Source: Tubiluchus corallicola
Lineage: Eukaryota; Animalia; Priapulida
DNA length: 64,000 nucleotides
Direction of reading: 5' to 3'
Assembly: GCA_030141605.1 (NCBI GenBank)
Contig: JAQGDQ010000018.1
Location: 744,001 to 808,000 of the forward strand
Shown here: positions 39,501 to 54,500 of the stretch, in pieces
How positions within the stretch are numbered: the first letter of the stretch is position 1
Layout: each line of letters begins with the position of its first letter
The notes under the pieces: generated by a model
Told to the model about the DNA's origin: nothing
Seen by the model: only the letters and a program-made list of their open reading frames with translations
Databases searched by the model: none
Made by a program: the position numbers and the translations under genes

Positions 39501-42500
39501 CCTTTGCCATGAGTGTCAGCGTTTACAAAAGTTTCGTTAAGTACTAACACGTAACAACAGAGACGGGCATCAATGTGGTAATTTGCCTTTCCCGTTGCCG
39601 CCTGGCCGACAGACAATTTATTCATGCGCTGTCGATTCAACTTTTGGCAAATTATAATGTCACTACGAATAAAGTACACCTGTATCCCGCATAGATGAAG
39701 TCGACAATAAAAGGCTCAAACAAATTCGCCATCCGATAAATTTGGTTAATTTCTTTGACTTTTGTAAACCTGTGACGCATTCTATTTGCTAATAAATAAA
39801 TAAAATAAACTTATGACTTCTATTCAAAAACCAGTAAATGTATATTTCACACAATATCAATTTGGTTTTGATGAACACATTACATCACACGCACGGGTAA
39901 AGAGGCATTGCTTTCAATCTCCCTAAGCTTGACGAATCAAGTAATTTTGTTTTATTGCTAACGCTATTGCAAAATAGTGCTCAATAGGTCGAAAAATCCC
40001 TCGCGAATCCTAACAAACATTTTATTAGACATGCCAAGCTGTACAAGTAAATGATGATAATGAGCAATTTTCAGAGTATAATAGTACAACAATTTCTAGT
40101 TACTTCAATAATTACTTCAATTTGCAAATCTTGAACTGGCAATGTGTGCGTGTGTGTGCGTGCATGCGTGTATGTGTGTATATACGGTGAACATATATTG
40201 CACACTGTGTTAAAAAATGCGGCGTGAACTGTTGCTGTTACACATATACGTATAATAAGTGGCAACAGCTCACACTCAGTATGCCATAGCAAAGTGATTA
40301 CAATACGTGCGTCGCCATCTATCAAAATTATTTTTAAAGCAACAGAAGCGAATCAATTCAATGCTGAAATGACTAGTCAAATAGTGAGTAATGTCGAGTG
40401 CACACTGTACTTGTAGTCGTACAAATAACACGCTAGTCGTGCACTGAAGGAAAGCTATATAGGCTTGATTATTAATGTAACCAACAACTAACGAGCACGG
40501 GGCTAGTATTCATTAGCATGTACAATCGTTGTGAGGCGCACTCGCTCAGGTAACTAACTACAGTTCCATGGCATTAGTTTTTAATCACCTTATCGACCCA
40601 GGTATTATTCAAAACAACCCGGCAGCCTCCCAGCGCTAATTACGCCATTCTGTCTCATTCACGAGGAGCATTCCCCAATCTTCTGGGGTAGCCAAGCAAG
40701 ACGTGCTACTAGAAATAAAGTCAGTAGCAGCAGCAACACTAGACTTACTTAGTAGACTAGAGAGATGTGACTGGCCTGTGCAGGTGAAATGGGGAAGGAC
40801 ACATTCCCTTGAAAACAGGTGAGTGGTACTTTAGTTTTGTGTGAAAGCATGGCGCGATAATAACACAGAGCAGTCACCCATAATAATGATACTACAGTAG
40901 CCATATGTTCTGTCCAAAAAGTGTATATTCAAAATATTTAAGATTAATTAAACTTAACGGATGCTGAACGCGTTTGTAGTGCTGTGGTATACGACTACAC
41001 TAACTGAAAATGAGTTTTCCTTCTATCCAGTTTTGTCAGATAATGAGATAAGTAATTTATCTTTCGTATAGCTGTTTATATTGGACGACAGATTTTGATC
41101 AACGCAGTCTTAATAAATGCCAAGCTTTCAAACTCACATTTCTTGGTATTCGTGTGTACACTGCCTAATGACATGTACTAATCAAGTTTTGATCACTGCT
41201 ACAATTTATGTACTTGATGCTGACAGGTTAGGTACACCGTTTCCTTGACTCTCTTCTCTCGATATATTCCGAAACTTTTTGACAAAGTTTAGATGTTCGT
41301 AAAGCTGAACAATTTTAAATGCTATAATTATGAAGAAAATGTAGATAACTTATGAGATTTGGAAAATTCTCGATTGCAGTAATGAAGCGTAAGTAATGTT
41401 TTAATTCTTTTAATTTGGCTTATATCCTGTAGTAAAGACTAAGGATTCCTACGATCCTCGCCGCAGGTGCTGGATTGCACTAACTAAGGTTATGGGTGAC
41501 ACTAATGTAGTGGGTGGCTCAGCTTAAACTTAAAGACACTGTGTGAGAGAACACCCAGAAAGATCTAACATGCACGTACTGTTGCAGCTTTAACCTTCTG
41601 TGAAGTAGCTTTGGATCATTCCCAGTCTATTAGAAGCTAGTTAAATAACTAATTAATTAAAATAGAAAAAAGATGTGTAAAGTGTCAATGACGGTACTAT
41701 TGGTCTGTTTTCGACTTTACAGGCACTCTTAGCTCTGCTTAAGAACTTTTGTTTATGTATGGACTTCTGTGCATCAGCGTACTCCTTTATATATTTGTTG
41801 CGTAGACGGAAAACATAATTTTGATAAATATAATATGCTGATTCAAAACTCTTACACTGACTAATTAATCCGCCCTGGCTTGATCCTCTGGGTATTGGCA
41901 CTACATTCTCTTTCGCCTAAACTCCGTAAGAACTACATTTTAGTATTTGGTGTCGCAGCCCATTCTGCCATAGTATAACACTGTATTCCAATCACTTCGT
42001 GCTCTTCGTCACACTAATCATTTATTCTCTTCCTACCTCGATAAATACACAGACATTTATTTTACTGTTGGCCTTATTAGAGTAGACATAATGAGGCTTT
42101 AGGGTACGAACTTAGTTTTTGTTTCGGTACGCAGTTATAGGAGTGCTTCCAAAAAATTGGCTTCATTTTTCAAGCACTGAAGTTACATGATAAGAGCTGA
42201 ATGACCAAAGCACGCGATATTGGTTCGATTCATCCATCGATAAATGTGGTTAGTGTGCCAGTGTTCAGACTATTCACTAAGGTGTTTGCAAAAAGGTCTT
42301 CCAGCTCAGAAAGTGCATATAAAGTTTTTCCATGTGTTTTACTCCGAGGACCTATTCGGGCACATTAAGGGAATGTACATTGTGAAGAGTGGAAGTCCTA
42401 CACTATTTGCTGGAACTAAATAAACACATCATCAACACCGACGAGCGATTACCGTTTGCAATTTATTCAACGCTGTTTGACCATCTACAACTTGTTCAAT

Positions 42501-45500
42501 AGACGACAGCAACACTTAAGCCTACTCAACCACGCGCACCACTCTCACAGATTTTCCTCGAAAAAAAAGAAATATAACTAAAAATCCATTTTCCCACCAA
42601 CAATTCGGCGACGCTGCCGTAATTATCGTTTCTCAATATACAGAACGTTGACGACAATTAGTGCAATTTGTGCGTAGTGATGTGCAATTTCTTGCGAGTG
42701 AACAGCGAGCATAAAACATAATTTGGTTCTAGGCGTTGGAAATGACGGCTCTTTAATGTCGCGAATGATATCAGACGAAAACAATTTAAGGCGCTATAAA
42801 TAAAAATCGCTGGCAGATAAAATTATGAAATTTTCAAACACGTCAATGCTGCGAAGGACAGTAGCTTAAATATTTCCGTAGGGTAGCATGTTACAACGCG
42901 TGTTATACAATGTGAACCGTACTTCACATTAATATTTAGTCAACCGTAAAAGGAGATATTACTCGTCTTTCTACAAACGAAACCCATGCTGCGTGCGCGC
43001 TAAGAACTAAATCAAGTGAGGGTGAAAACTGTAAATTAATTAAATAAATCCAACAAAATAAATTAAAAAGACACAATGTTTCAATACGCTGCTGTGCACT
43101 ATGTTTTCAGGAAAACAAAATGTTCTGTACGATTTTTATTAACTGTTCTTTTTGTTCTGTTAGTTTTGTTTAGTCAAACTCATTTTACATGTTTTGGTCA
43201 AAGCGATAAACTTCTTAGCTGATTTCATGCAGGATTTACAGAGAGAGAAATGATATCATTTTTTATGATATCTGTAGACCAAAACGAAAGATTCGGTTGA
43301 ACACATCTATCTTTGATAACTTAACTAAGCTTTGCAACGACACGTTTTCAATAAAGCACTGGGATTTATTCTTTGCGTTGTTCTACTATTGCATAACTGT
43401 GACCGTTTCCTTGAGCTTATGGAAGACGTTAGGGGATGAATGGGGTTCCAACGTCTAGGCTTATGAAGTGATTTATCCCCACTACAATTGTACTTGGCGC
43501 ATTCGAAAGCACTACACATCAACGGACAGACATTGTTTGAGCAGGTTTATTTGTAAAATCCAGAGTTCATCCTGAGATCTTAACAAGATAAATTTACGTT
43601 AAACTATCTTCCTTTTTATAAAATTTTTGTGCTTACTAGAGAGTTTTGGTGTATAACGCCGTTAAGGGCACTATTGCATATTTTCAGCCAGGTAGGCCTA
43701 AGTAATTGCTCACATGCACCTTTGAATCTACAAGTGAAATACTTTTACGACGTTAAACAAACTGTACTGGTCAGTCAAATTCAGTCACCCCAAACTGAAA
43801 TTTGCACACTCCGAACACGTTCCACCCAGTTCGATTCCATCACATTAAGGAAGGTTCATACAAAATCACACTATATCGCATGCACACAAAAGTTAATTAC
43901 GCGCGTGGAGCTAAAAAGCGTCTACACGGCTAGGCTAAATTATTAGCTCTCGCCTACGTGAGGAGGTAGAGAAAACTCCCGAGACTTAAAATAAACACTT
44001 TAACGATGCGATATTCGTGTAATGGACACTGAACTCTTGGGAATTAAAACTTTTACGCCGCAGCAAATGGCTTAGAGATAAAATATGTTCTTCATTTACA
44101 AAGTGCACTTTTCTCAAAAACTAACAAACAATATAAAACATAAGAATAAGACGCTAGGGCGTTATAATAGGACACTGCGCAATGTAGGCTCACGCTCAGC
44201 ATGGCATATACAATAATACACGTACTTACTAGATTTCAGAACACGGCGAAAATTAAATTGAAAAAGGGCACTAGATCACGTGCGTGTTCTAGACTTGGAA
44301 AATTTCTCAGAATCACAAGTCATGAAGTGCTTTAACGACACTAGATGCAAAAACTCTTTGTGTTAGGAGGTCTGGGCAGGCAGACACGTAGACTTTACTT
44401 GGTTTTCAAATCATTTTTCTTACTGATCGTGGATTTGCAGCTTTTCCTTACTAACGCAATATAGAAGCTGTACAAACGCGTTAATGGAGTTGATCTTCGC
44501 TAGTAAATGCAAAGATGTAAATGCAGTACTTACACAGTTATTACAAATCTTCAGCACTAGAATAAAAAATCATTTTTCGTCTTCAGTTTTATATGTTACC
44601 ACTTATTTTGAAACTAATAAATTTCACAAAACCACTACGAAGGTTAAAATAATAAGTAGTGTGACGTTAGAGTATAACGCCATAATTCTTTAAACAAGCT
44701 TGTTGGTAGCTGTATCATAGCATGTTGATAAAACAACGAATCTTTCTACCGGTGTTCAAAGCGTATTACCATGTTTTAAGGCAACCGGCACCTATTACTA
44801 TACTGGTTATATATATATAATGCGGTTTGTTGCTATGCTTGGCCGATTTCAGGGAATGGATTACAGGGACGGGTTTTGCCATCGTCCCAGTTAGTTCAGT
44901 AGATTACTTGCCAAATTTATTTCTATATCAAAATTTAGGGAATAATTCCGACCTAGTACATGGCAGCCGATGCTTCTGAGGTGTCTTACAGTAGACATCA
45001 TACCTAGTAAACATTGGCGAACAACAATAAAAGTATTTTACAATTCCAGATATCAATATGAAGTCAATAAATTAGACCCAATGAACCCAGACGCTATTTA
45101 TGTACGTACCCTCGCCAGTAATCTTATAAAATCTAGATGATATAGGGAACTTAATTAGGCTACTACTGCTTTGAGGATTTGAAGATTCCTAAGTGTATTT
45201 CTATTACTTTAGGGCCCGTGTGTCACATACAGAAGTACATGTAAGGTCAACATTCGATTCATGTAATTACCGTTTAGGTGTATGAATTATGAGAAATATG
45301 ATCTACCGAAGCTGTTAGCCGAAATCAATTCCCACATCATAGCAACTGCCAACCTCAATAAGTCAAGTCCATTATGAAAGTTTCATTAAGAGGGAACTGA
45401 ATAGCTGCTGAAGTGTTGCTTATAGTTAGCCGAACACAATATTTACTATAAATGGGTCGAATACGCCGATAGAATAAGAAAATCTTGGAATAACGGAGTT

Positions 45501-48500
45501 AGCAAATGCTTTTAGTGCAACGATTGTATTGCAATGTCAGGTTCCAGTTACGCGTCAGTCATAAATACTTCCACGTTATTGGAGAAACTAGGAAGTCGCT
45601 AACTTTTAACTGCTTTTTTATAGTATTTCATACTAATTTCTAATGTACATGCAGCAGATAATGTGTGCGTGTTATCTGAAAATCTTTTTAGACTACCATC
45701 CTCACAGCACGCGGTGAAGTGTCAAAAACAAAGTATTATAATGAATGACACTCTGAAGTGCACTGTAAAAGTGCGAGTATTAAAGGTAGTTCAATAATAT
45801 CTGTTTAACATTTGATCGAATTCTAACACCAGAATGTGTTCCAAAAGGGACACATAACGCCTTCTTCCAACAACACAGCAATATAAAAAATTAGTATTGA
45901 TTTTGTCCAGCGACAAATTTAACTGGGCAAAACGAAAACGCCAAATTTGAGAATAATGCAAAAATTAATAGCGAAAAATAAGTTTTCTATTCATTACTTA
46001 GTTTAGAGCTATTCTTTTATCTTAGGTAACAGCTAACTTCTGTAGTAAAAGAAATGGTTAATGCCAGGATATTCAAGCCAGTGCAAGCCGTCCTTTCATT
46101 TCACCTGTCTTCAGCTTTAAGAACTAAGATATCACGGTGATCACTAATTTCTGAAAATTAACATGTCAGTTCTGGTGTATGATGGTGACAATTCTCCCAA
46201 ATTCAGTTGCATTTTGATTGTGGGCCTCTAAGGTAAATAAAATTTTGTCTTCTCCAGAAACTGTTACATTAGATTTCCTATTCTTAAAATTAATGTTATG
46301 GAAGTTTTAACTGTTTTAAGTAATTCACATTTTAATGTATAATTACGTCTTAAAATGGTGTTTTACTGTATATGTCACAAAGGTTTTTAATTAATTTAAT
46401 ACTTAAACACTTCTGCAAATTGATTTTTGCTTTTATGTGTAACAGTGTTTTACAATTTATCTAAATTAATATTTTTGTCTAATTCTGTTTAATTTTTGCT
46501 TTTATTGTGGTTAATTTTGCAAAATCTCTGATCTGTCTAATTTAGTACTTTCATCTAATTATATTAAGGCATATGTCAAAATTTATAATGCATTTTATAT
46601 AATTTGTCTGATTCACCATTTTTGTCAATTTGTTAACTTTTGGCTAATTTTAAGGTATTGTGTTCTATTTTATATTTTAACAACTGTTAACATGCCATGG
46701 ACCATTACGGAAATATTGTGCATATAATTTGCAAAACAAAAATTTTATTCTATCAATTTTGTCAAACATTCGATTAGTTTCCTTTCAACTGGATACGTCA
46801 AGCTTTGTGAGTGTGACCCGCTTGGACAATACAAAATGCACTTTTCAGCATTGACTTTTGACTTTCTAATTTCAACTCAAGCAATGTTCTAGATCTACAG
46901 TACGTCATGGAAACCATTCTGCTACACTGGAGTTGTTTTTGATCATCAATTTGATGTCATTGCGTTGGTTGTCATGCAACAGCTTTGTCGGGCAAATGAC
47001 GTTTTTTAAATATAGCAAGTTACATTCTTGAATCACTTTATCACATTTGAATATCATTTGTTAATTCATTTTCCAGATATAATGTTTGTGGAATGGTGCT
47101 GAGTTCGTATGAGTTCACAGGCGTCTACCCCCTATTCAAATACATTGACGTGAATAACTGTTTAGTGTTTCAGTCAATGCTATCCTTTTGACTTTTTTGC
47201 ACATACCCTAAAGCAAATAATGGCAGTCTTGTAAAAAAAAGCACGTCATACATTCTGCACTATGCTTTTAAACCTGATATTGCAAATATTTAGCCATCAA
47301 GCTGCATTACAAGTATGTTGCAAGGTTAAGATTTGCAGATTAGTCACCCAATAGAAAGTCTTTCTTTTCGTCCACAGAGATCAGAACCTTTGATGATGCT
47401 GATCATGGCATTGTTCAAGAGCTAAACGACTCAATAACAAATCCGGTTCAAGGCTGGTCACATGCAAAAACGGAATTTTTTTGGTGTTAAGTAAATATTA
47501 AAAACCATGATTGAGAGAGCCACAGAGCAACACAAACACGGAAAGCAATCAAGAGGCTACGACATTTGACCAGAAAGGCATCATTGATTTTGGAGCACTG
47601 CCGAAATGTGAAATATTTTATTTTGCAAACATGCCAAGAGATGCACGCGTTAACAATAGGATGAATCAGGAGTGAGGACGCCAGGATGTACAGCGGTTAA
47701 AAACGCTTGACAGAAAGGGAAGAGGCTAACAATGCCATAGTAAAGAGCTGTGTAATTAAATGGTACAATGTCCTGTCTAGTATATCGTTAATGTGCACAG
47801 GAAGTCATTAGTTTTGGCACACAACTCAATCTGTATCAGCATCAAGCGTGTGTCACGACATAAAAGTGAGCAGAAACACAGCTTTTGCCACAATGCAGGA
47901 CACCTTAATAATGGGACTTGAAAAAATGCAGTTTTTAAATTTGGCAAGAAAGATACAGAAATTGACAAGTGGAAGTATTTTTATTACTTCAAGAAAACAG
48001 AAAAAATTCCAGTTTACGCAAGTAGCCCATTGTTAAGGATTTAAACTTCAGTTTGCAAATGGTCATTACGGTTTTCCTTTTCTAACTGGCTTACTTACTT
48101 ATGCGTCTATTCATTTTATAGTTTACAAATGGATGAATTGGAAAGTCATACACGCCTGTAAGTGAATAAAAATGTACAGGACAAATTCGTTTCCACATAA
48201 AGCCAAAACTGTACTAGTTTGCTGCTTAAGCATTCAAATGCTTGATTACCTTTTTATTAGATTACCTTAACTATATCAGGTATTTAATAATTAAAACCAA
48301 AGCAAGGTAAGAACAAAATGCGAGAATAGGCGTCGGAATCTAATCAATTATTTGCTAAGCAAAGAATAAGATAATAAAGTTAATGAGGCCGTTAAATGAA
48401 AAAAACTGCTGGTTCTACGCTCGGCGTTCTAGTTGGTTTCACCCAAATAAGAAAATAATATTATACGGACTTGAGTTGCATTTACGTTAAATATTAACGC

Positions 48501-51500
48501 GCACACTTGTACGGGCAGAGTGAATGAATTATATATGGGTATTTAATGGTAAGCTTCAGCGCGCCTATGGATTATTACATGCGCAGTGGCTACAGAGTGT
48601 CGGTAGGTTGGAATCAATCTTCAAGCACAAGCTGTATTGATTGTAAATGCTCAACTACACATGTGGAAGCTAGCATTATCGCCAACGAAGCCCAGCTGTA
48701 CACCCGTGTTACCTATCTGTGTAAATAAATAGCTTCACATGTTTGTTTACCTGTCCCGTGCAGCGCAGGTGTGCTGAGATAACTTTCGTTACGGTTTGTA
48801 TTCTAGTTTTTCTAAGCGCGCAGAGAATAAAGGTAAGGAAATAGAAGATACAAGACCTCTTAAAGTTTCGATGTGTGAACAGAGCTTATTGGTGATACTG
48901 AAGCTACCAATCCGGCGACTATCACCGAGTTTAAAATATAGCAAACTGTCTCAAGACGTTTTTGAGCCACAAATAAACTTTGTTTTCAAATGAGAAACAG
49001 AAGACAAGTGACAATAAAGTTTATTTTTAACTGAGATACGTCGTACCAAAGTTCTTTATTCGCTCGTTAAAATAATGTCAAAAATAATGCCATAACAAGG
49101 TACTTGCATTATTTGTATACCAACTAGAATGTTTTAGTTAAAATGCCTACACAGTATGTTTCGGCAAATATCTTTTATTTTGTTTTTTAATTGCTACTTT
49201 TACTACTAGATTATAGTTAAAACAGTGATCTTTTGAAAAGAACTGACTGGCTAAAATTTGCCTGTTTACGATGAGGTAAAATTATGCATTTTTTACTTTT
49301 AAGTCGTGTTATATTGTTAGCATTCGGGTATGATCGTGTCTACAGGATCTGCTACACTCTTGTACTGCGTTGTAGAACTGCAACTAACTGTATCTTTGCA
49401 AACTGGTTTTTAAGATTTTACAAAGAGAAACTTGACTTTCAAGACGTAATCTTACTTCAAATAGAAACCTAAAATTTAAACTTTTGGTATAAGGTATGTT
49501 TATGGGTCACCAATACACTGTTTGATCTTGCGTAGACGCTTTCCACCGATTAATTATGATTAAATCGTGTACATAATCTTTTTCTTCCACAGGTGATTAG
49601 TTATTTGGTACAGCTGGACAGACTCAATCACCGCATGTTTCGTTCAATATAACAGCGTGGAATAAATACAGTTACGAGGCTGAATCACATATAATCCACA
49701 TTAGATCTACTGCACCCAGACTGTATTGTGCAAGGCAGCAGAGTGCTTAGGCGCACATAAATCTTAGCTGACTGCTAAAATAAGTCACGTTGTCAGAATG
49801 GGAGTTCACAGTGAAAACGTGTGTGAGGTGTGCAGTGCAGGCTTTCAGAAGACCATAGATTTGAAGCTGCACATGAGCTCACACGCTGTGCAAAACTTTT
49901 ACAAGTGTGACATGTGCAGTGCAAACTTCCAGGAAGCCACAGATCTGAAGGTGCATATGAGGTCACATGCTGTCACAAAACTCCACAAGTGTGACATGTG
50001 TAACTCGGTATTTAACCGTCCCAGTAGTTTGCTAAATCACATTCGGACTCACACGGGAGAGAAGCCATTTAAATGTGAGAATTGTGAAAAAGCATTCACT
50101 GTTTCTTCTGACTTAATTCGCCACATGAGGTCTCACACGCGAATAAAACCTCACAAGTGCAAGCTGTGTTATGCTGCATTTAGTCGAGCTGACCATCTTA
50201 CCGAACACATTCGCACACACACTGGATCAAAGCCTTACAAGTGTGAACTGTGTGCCGCTACATTCGGAAGAAAAGGCCATTTAAAACGTCACAAAAAAAC
50301 TCATACGGGTGAACGACCAAATAAGTGTGATCAGTGTGATGCTACATTTACTGCGTCGTATGCACTCAAGCGTCACAAACAAACACATTCTTATGATAAA
50401 CCTTATAAGTGTGATTTATGCCCAAGTGCATTTGCTCTACCCAGCTACCTAAATGCCCACCTGAAAACCCACACTGAAAAAACTGAAGTTTATGAATGCG
50501 ACCTCTGTGACACTGGATTTACTCATTCAAGCTTTTGCTTACTAACTAGAGATTTAACACAGGATGTCAACTTTCCTAGTTTAATGCTAGGTATCTAGAA
50601 CTACAGCTAGTCTAAAGGCACCAATGTTAGCATATTTAATACCAATATATATATATATATTGACTTTAAGATTCTGACATAAGCAAAGAAATTGAGATAG
50701 CTATTACAGTAATGAATTATGTTTTGATACATCAGCACTTTTCGTTTGTCTTGAATCCGCTAAGCACGTACCTTGCAGCTAGTCAGGCTAAGAGAGGTGA
50801 TAAACAAGATTATTGGATTTTCATTGTCAGAGTGCAATTGATGATGTAATTTGGGACCTGGTAAATGAATGCAATCCGCAAATTAGAGCAGTCAGACAGT
50901 TTGGCTGATGAGATTTTGATAGGTATTTTACTGACAACTGTACCATGTGTAAAACCAAATCAATGTTTTTTACAAGAATTTAACTTGTAACTCGCTAGAT
51001 ATTAATACGAATATGAAAACAAAGTGTCCTCCTAATTAACATCACAGATACAAAGTTAGAAAGTTTTTAAACTGACGTTTACTTAGTACATTTAACAGCT
51101 ATGCAGAAAAAAATTGGTGACTGATTGATTGAGTGGGCAAAAGCAGCAATGATTGAAATTTGGAACAAAAGGGCATTTTAGCTTCGTTACTTTTTTAATA
51201 AGCATATACAAGTGTAAATATGTGCTACAGTTAGTAACGAACCTTCTATCATCTGAAGAATGTTACAAATTACTATTGAATTTTGTCCTTGTTCAGTCGT
51301 TCAACTGTGCAATTGTGTAATACGTTAAGTAGAGATATATTGGCAATTGTAATTATAATGAAAATGCAAAAATTAAACAATAAAATTGTTTGACAGTTTA
51401 CTGCTCTGCCTTAAAAAGTGCTTTTACAATATTACTGTAAACAAAATAAGAACTAAATGGAACGCTAGCTAACTAATTTACAACAAGCAAACAGTAAAAA

Positions 51501-54500
51501 TGACCAACTCTGTCTTGATCAACGGTTGTCCTTTGCTGATGTTCATTTACTACATTATTTATTGCTATAAGCTTAAATCTAAGCTGGCACGTTGCTAAGA
51601 CTTAGTTGGTAAGCAATTGATTAGTTGTAGACTACATCCGCTTATAAGTGAACATTTTCTAAGCAAAGACATTTTCCACGAGATACTTTATCTTCTCCAG
51701 TATTCAGTTCTACTCATAGCGATTAATAAATTGTGGTAATTTCTGTTTTGCTTGCAAGAAATTCATACGGCAAGCAGAGGAAGAATAAATTTATTAAAAT
51801 TATTTCAAATATTAATTTCACCATTAAAAGTCAATGAGACTTGTATAAAATCAAGGTAAATTCTTCGTAACAAGAATCTTCAAATGGAATTTTTTCAAAA
51901 ATTGAAACAGAATGCAGCATAAAAGCACTTTGCCAATGAAAATTACTGAGCAGAGTCCTAAGTCTTTTAGATTAAATGAAAGAGCATTTACTTTAATGCA
52001 ATAAAGTGATCATGTGATAGTTAAGGTAACATTTTTAAGCAATCTACTCTATAATTATAGCTCAATGAATATTTTCTTTAGTTTTAAAAGCGATAACTAG
52101 CAAAGATGATGAATATTGAAATTTACTAACACCAAAGGTTTAAACTTTAAAACTTTTAATAAACTCAGTCTATAGAAGTCCTTTAGAAAATTATTATGAA
52201 TCTTTGACGTCACAGAATTTTTGAAATAGCAATATTTCTTTAATGGTTAATCATTACTATGTAATCATAAAATTATTGGGATAAATTCTGATCATTTTAC
52301 AGACTTCGCTGCCAAAATAAAATCTAACAAGTATAATCTATTCAACTCAGCTAAGACGTCCGTCTAAAATAATATTATCAAATCCGATTATTTATTTCGT
52401 ATTTGTATAACTGATCTGATTTCGAGATATGTCGCAATCCTTCCCAATATAAACAAGAAAGCAGCAGCCAATTCATGCCTGTTTATCATTCAAATTAATT
52501 CTAGAGAGCTTGCCAGTGCACAATGTTCAAACATGGTGAAATGATTGCCAGCCAGAATTATCTAGCAAGCGCATTCTGAAGTTTGAAGAATAGCAAGAAA
52601 ATTATACTAGGTAAGAATAACAAATTCATGAAGGAAACAGCAACTACGATTGCAGTTTCAAAGTGTATATCCGGATTATGAGAACCACATTAAAAGAAAA
52701 AACCAACCCTTTAATAACATTCATTGTGTGTATTTTAATATATACTTAAAATTATACTCTCATAGAATGCCTTGCTTAAAAATGCAAAAAAATTAAACTA
52801 CTCGTATCTCCTGCCAAACGACCCTTGCTACAGGCATATTTGAAAAAAGTAACGCAAGCTGATGGACAGCATGAAGGTACGAGTAACAAAGCTAAGGCAA
52901 TTCATTCAGAAATTCTGCTATTCTAGCTAATTAAATTTCTGCGTCTAACTGTGTTTATGTAAAAATTAATTATCTGGTCAATTTGCAATAATTTTACAAT
53001 GCTTACGTAAGTTCAGTCCACAAGTTATTTCAAAGTACTACACTATATCATTACAGATAAGCATGGAACTCTGGAGGCTGCAGTCATATAAAAGTTGCCG
53101 GGCTGTTTGCTTAGCTTATAGAATCTGGACGGTTTACTTAACTTAAAGACTTCAATTTTAGCTTGTTAAAATAATTATTCTGTGACGGGGTTAACTAGCC
53201 GAATTGGAGATTATTATATTATCATTGGTAAATGGCTTTCGTCATATAGTGGGCAACATGGGATTCATCAAAAAGCAAAACATAGCATTAATAATATCTG
53301 GTTTAATGTTTTGGACTATTTGTAAATGAAAATAATTCCAACTGCGAAAGAAGATTGCTGAAACACCTGACGGGATAAGCGTTTTACTTTACATTGCACA
53401 TTAACCAGATTACGTCATTTAAGCTTGAAGTGATCGTGACTTTAAATTCGTTTTACTAAATACGCGAGGTGCTTATCACAATCTTAGTAGTAGTAGTAAA
53501 ATCTTTATTTGCCATTTTAAAACATTGACCATCATAATACAAGACAGACAATCAGTGTTAGTTCATATGAAATTAAACATACACTGTTCTGGGCAAATGC
53601 GTCTGGTGCAAGCTAAACTATAAGTGCAACTAGAATTTCAAAAAATAAAATATAAACTAGTTTAGTACGGTCTGGGAAAAATGAAATTATGATTTGAGTA
53701 GGTGTCATCGTGTTCGTATGTCGGATATTCAAAACGTGTCGTTAAATGTTTTTTTAATTTAAACTTGAATATTGTTAAAGAGCTGCTGTGTTTTAGTGAT
53801 GTCGGTAATGAATTCCAAAGTTGTATAGCTTGTTTAGTAATGGAATACTTTCCATATTGGTTGTTCGTTCTGATGTTTCTTAAATTTAGTGTTCTGTTAT
53901 TCATACTGGGGTTTTTAAGAAGTGGGAGCTTATTGTTTTCAAAGGGAGCATTAATATTGTTGATATATTTACAGAGAAACAGGAGAGTTTGATAATCTCT
54001 GTGGGCTTCTAGTATCGGGATTTTCATGGAGTTTCTTAAAGAGGTGGCAGAATATTTACTTGTATTGTGAGATGATTTCAAAGAATGGCCATTAACTAAT
54101 CGTAAAGCGTAGTTCTGAAGTACATTTAACTTGATGTATGATTCTCTTTTCACTTTTTGGTATAGTATGCAGGCATATAAATAATGGGGCAAAATTAAAG
54201 TTTTGTAAATTAGAATTTTGGTTTGTTTTGATAGTTGTCCTCTGATTTGTCGAAGGTACGAAGTACTTAATGCCATTTTTTTATAAATGTTGATAAACTG
54301 TTCTTCCCATGTAAGCATGTTGTCCAACTTAACGCCTAAGAAATTAACAACTTTTGACTGCACGATAACATCATTTTCTATTTGCAAGGATATAGCAGCT
54401 GTATTTTCAGTATTGTTAATTGTTGGGGATAATACCATAAATTCTGTTTTGTCACTATTCATTTTTAGCTTGTAATAATTAAATGCCATGTTGATATTCT

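Noticed and set aside
45706-45725. gcacgcggtgaa, partial match to miR-124
   Set aside because: The seed (AAGGCAC) is incomplete and there is no complementary arm.
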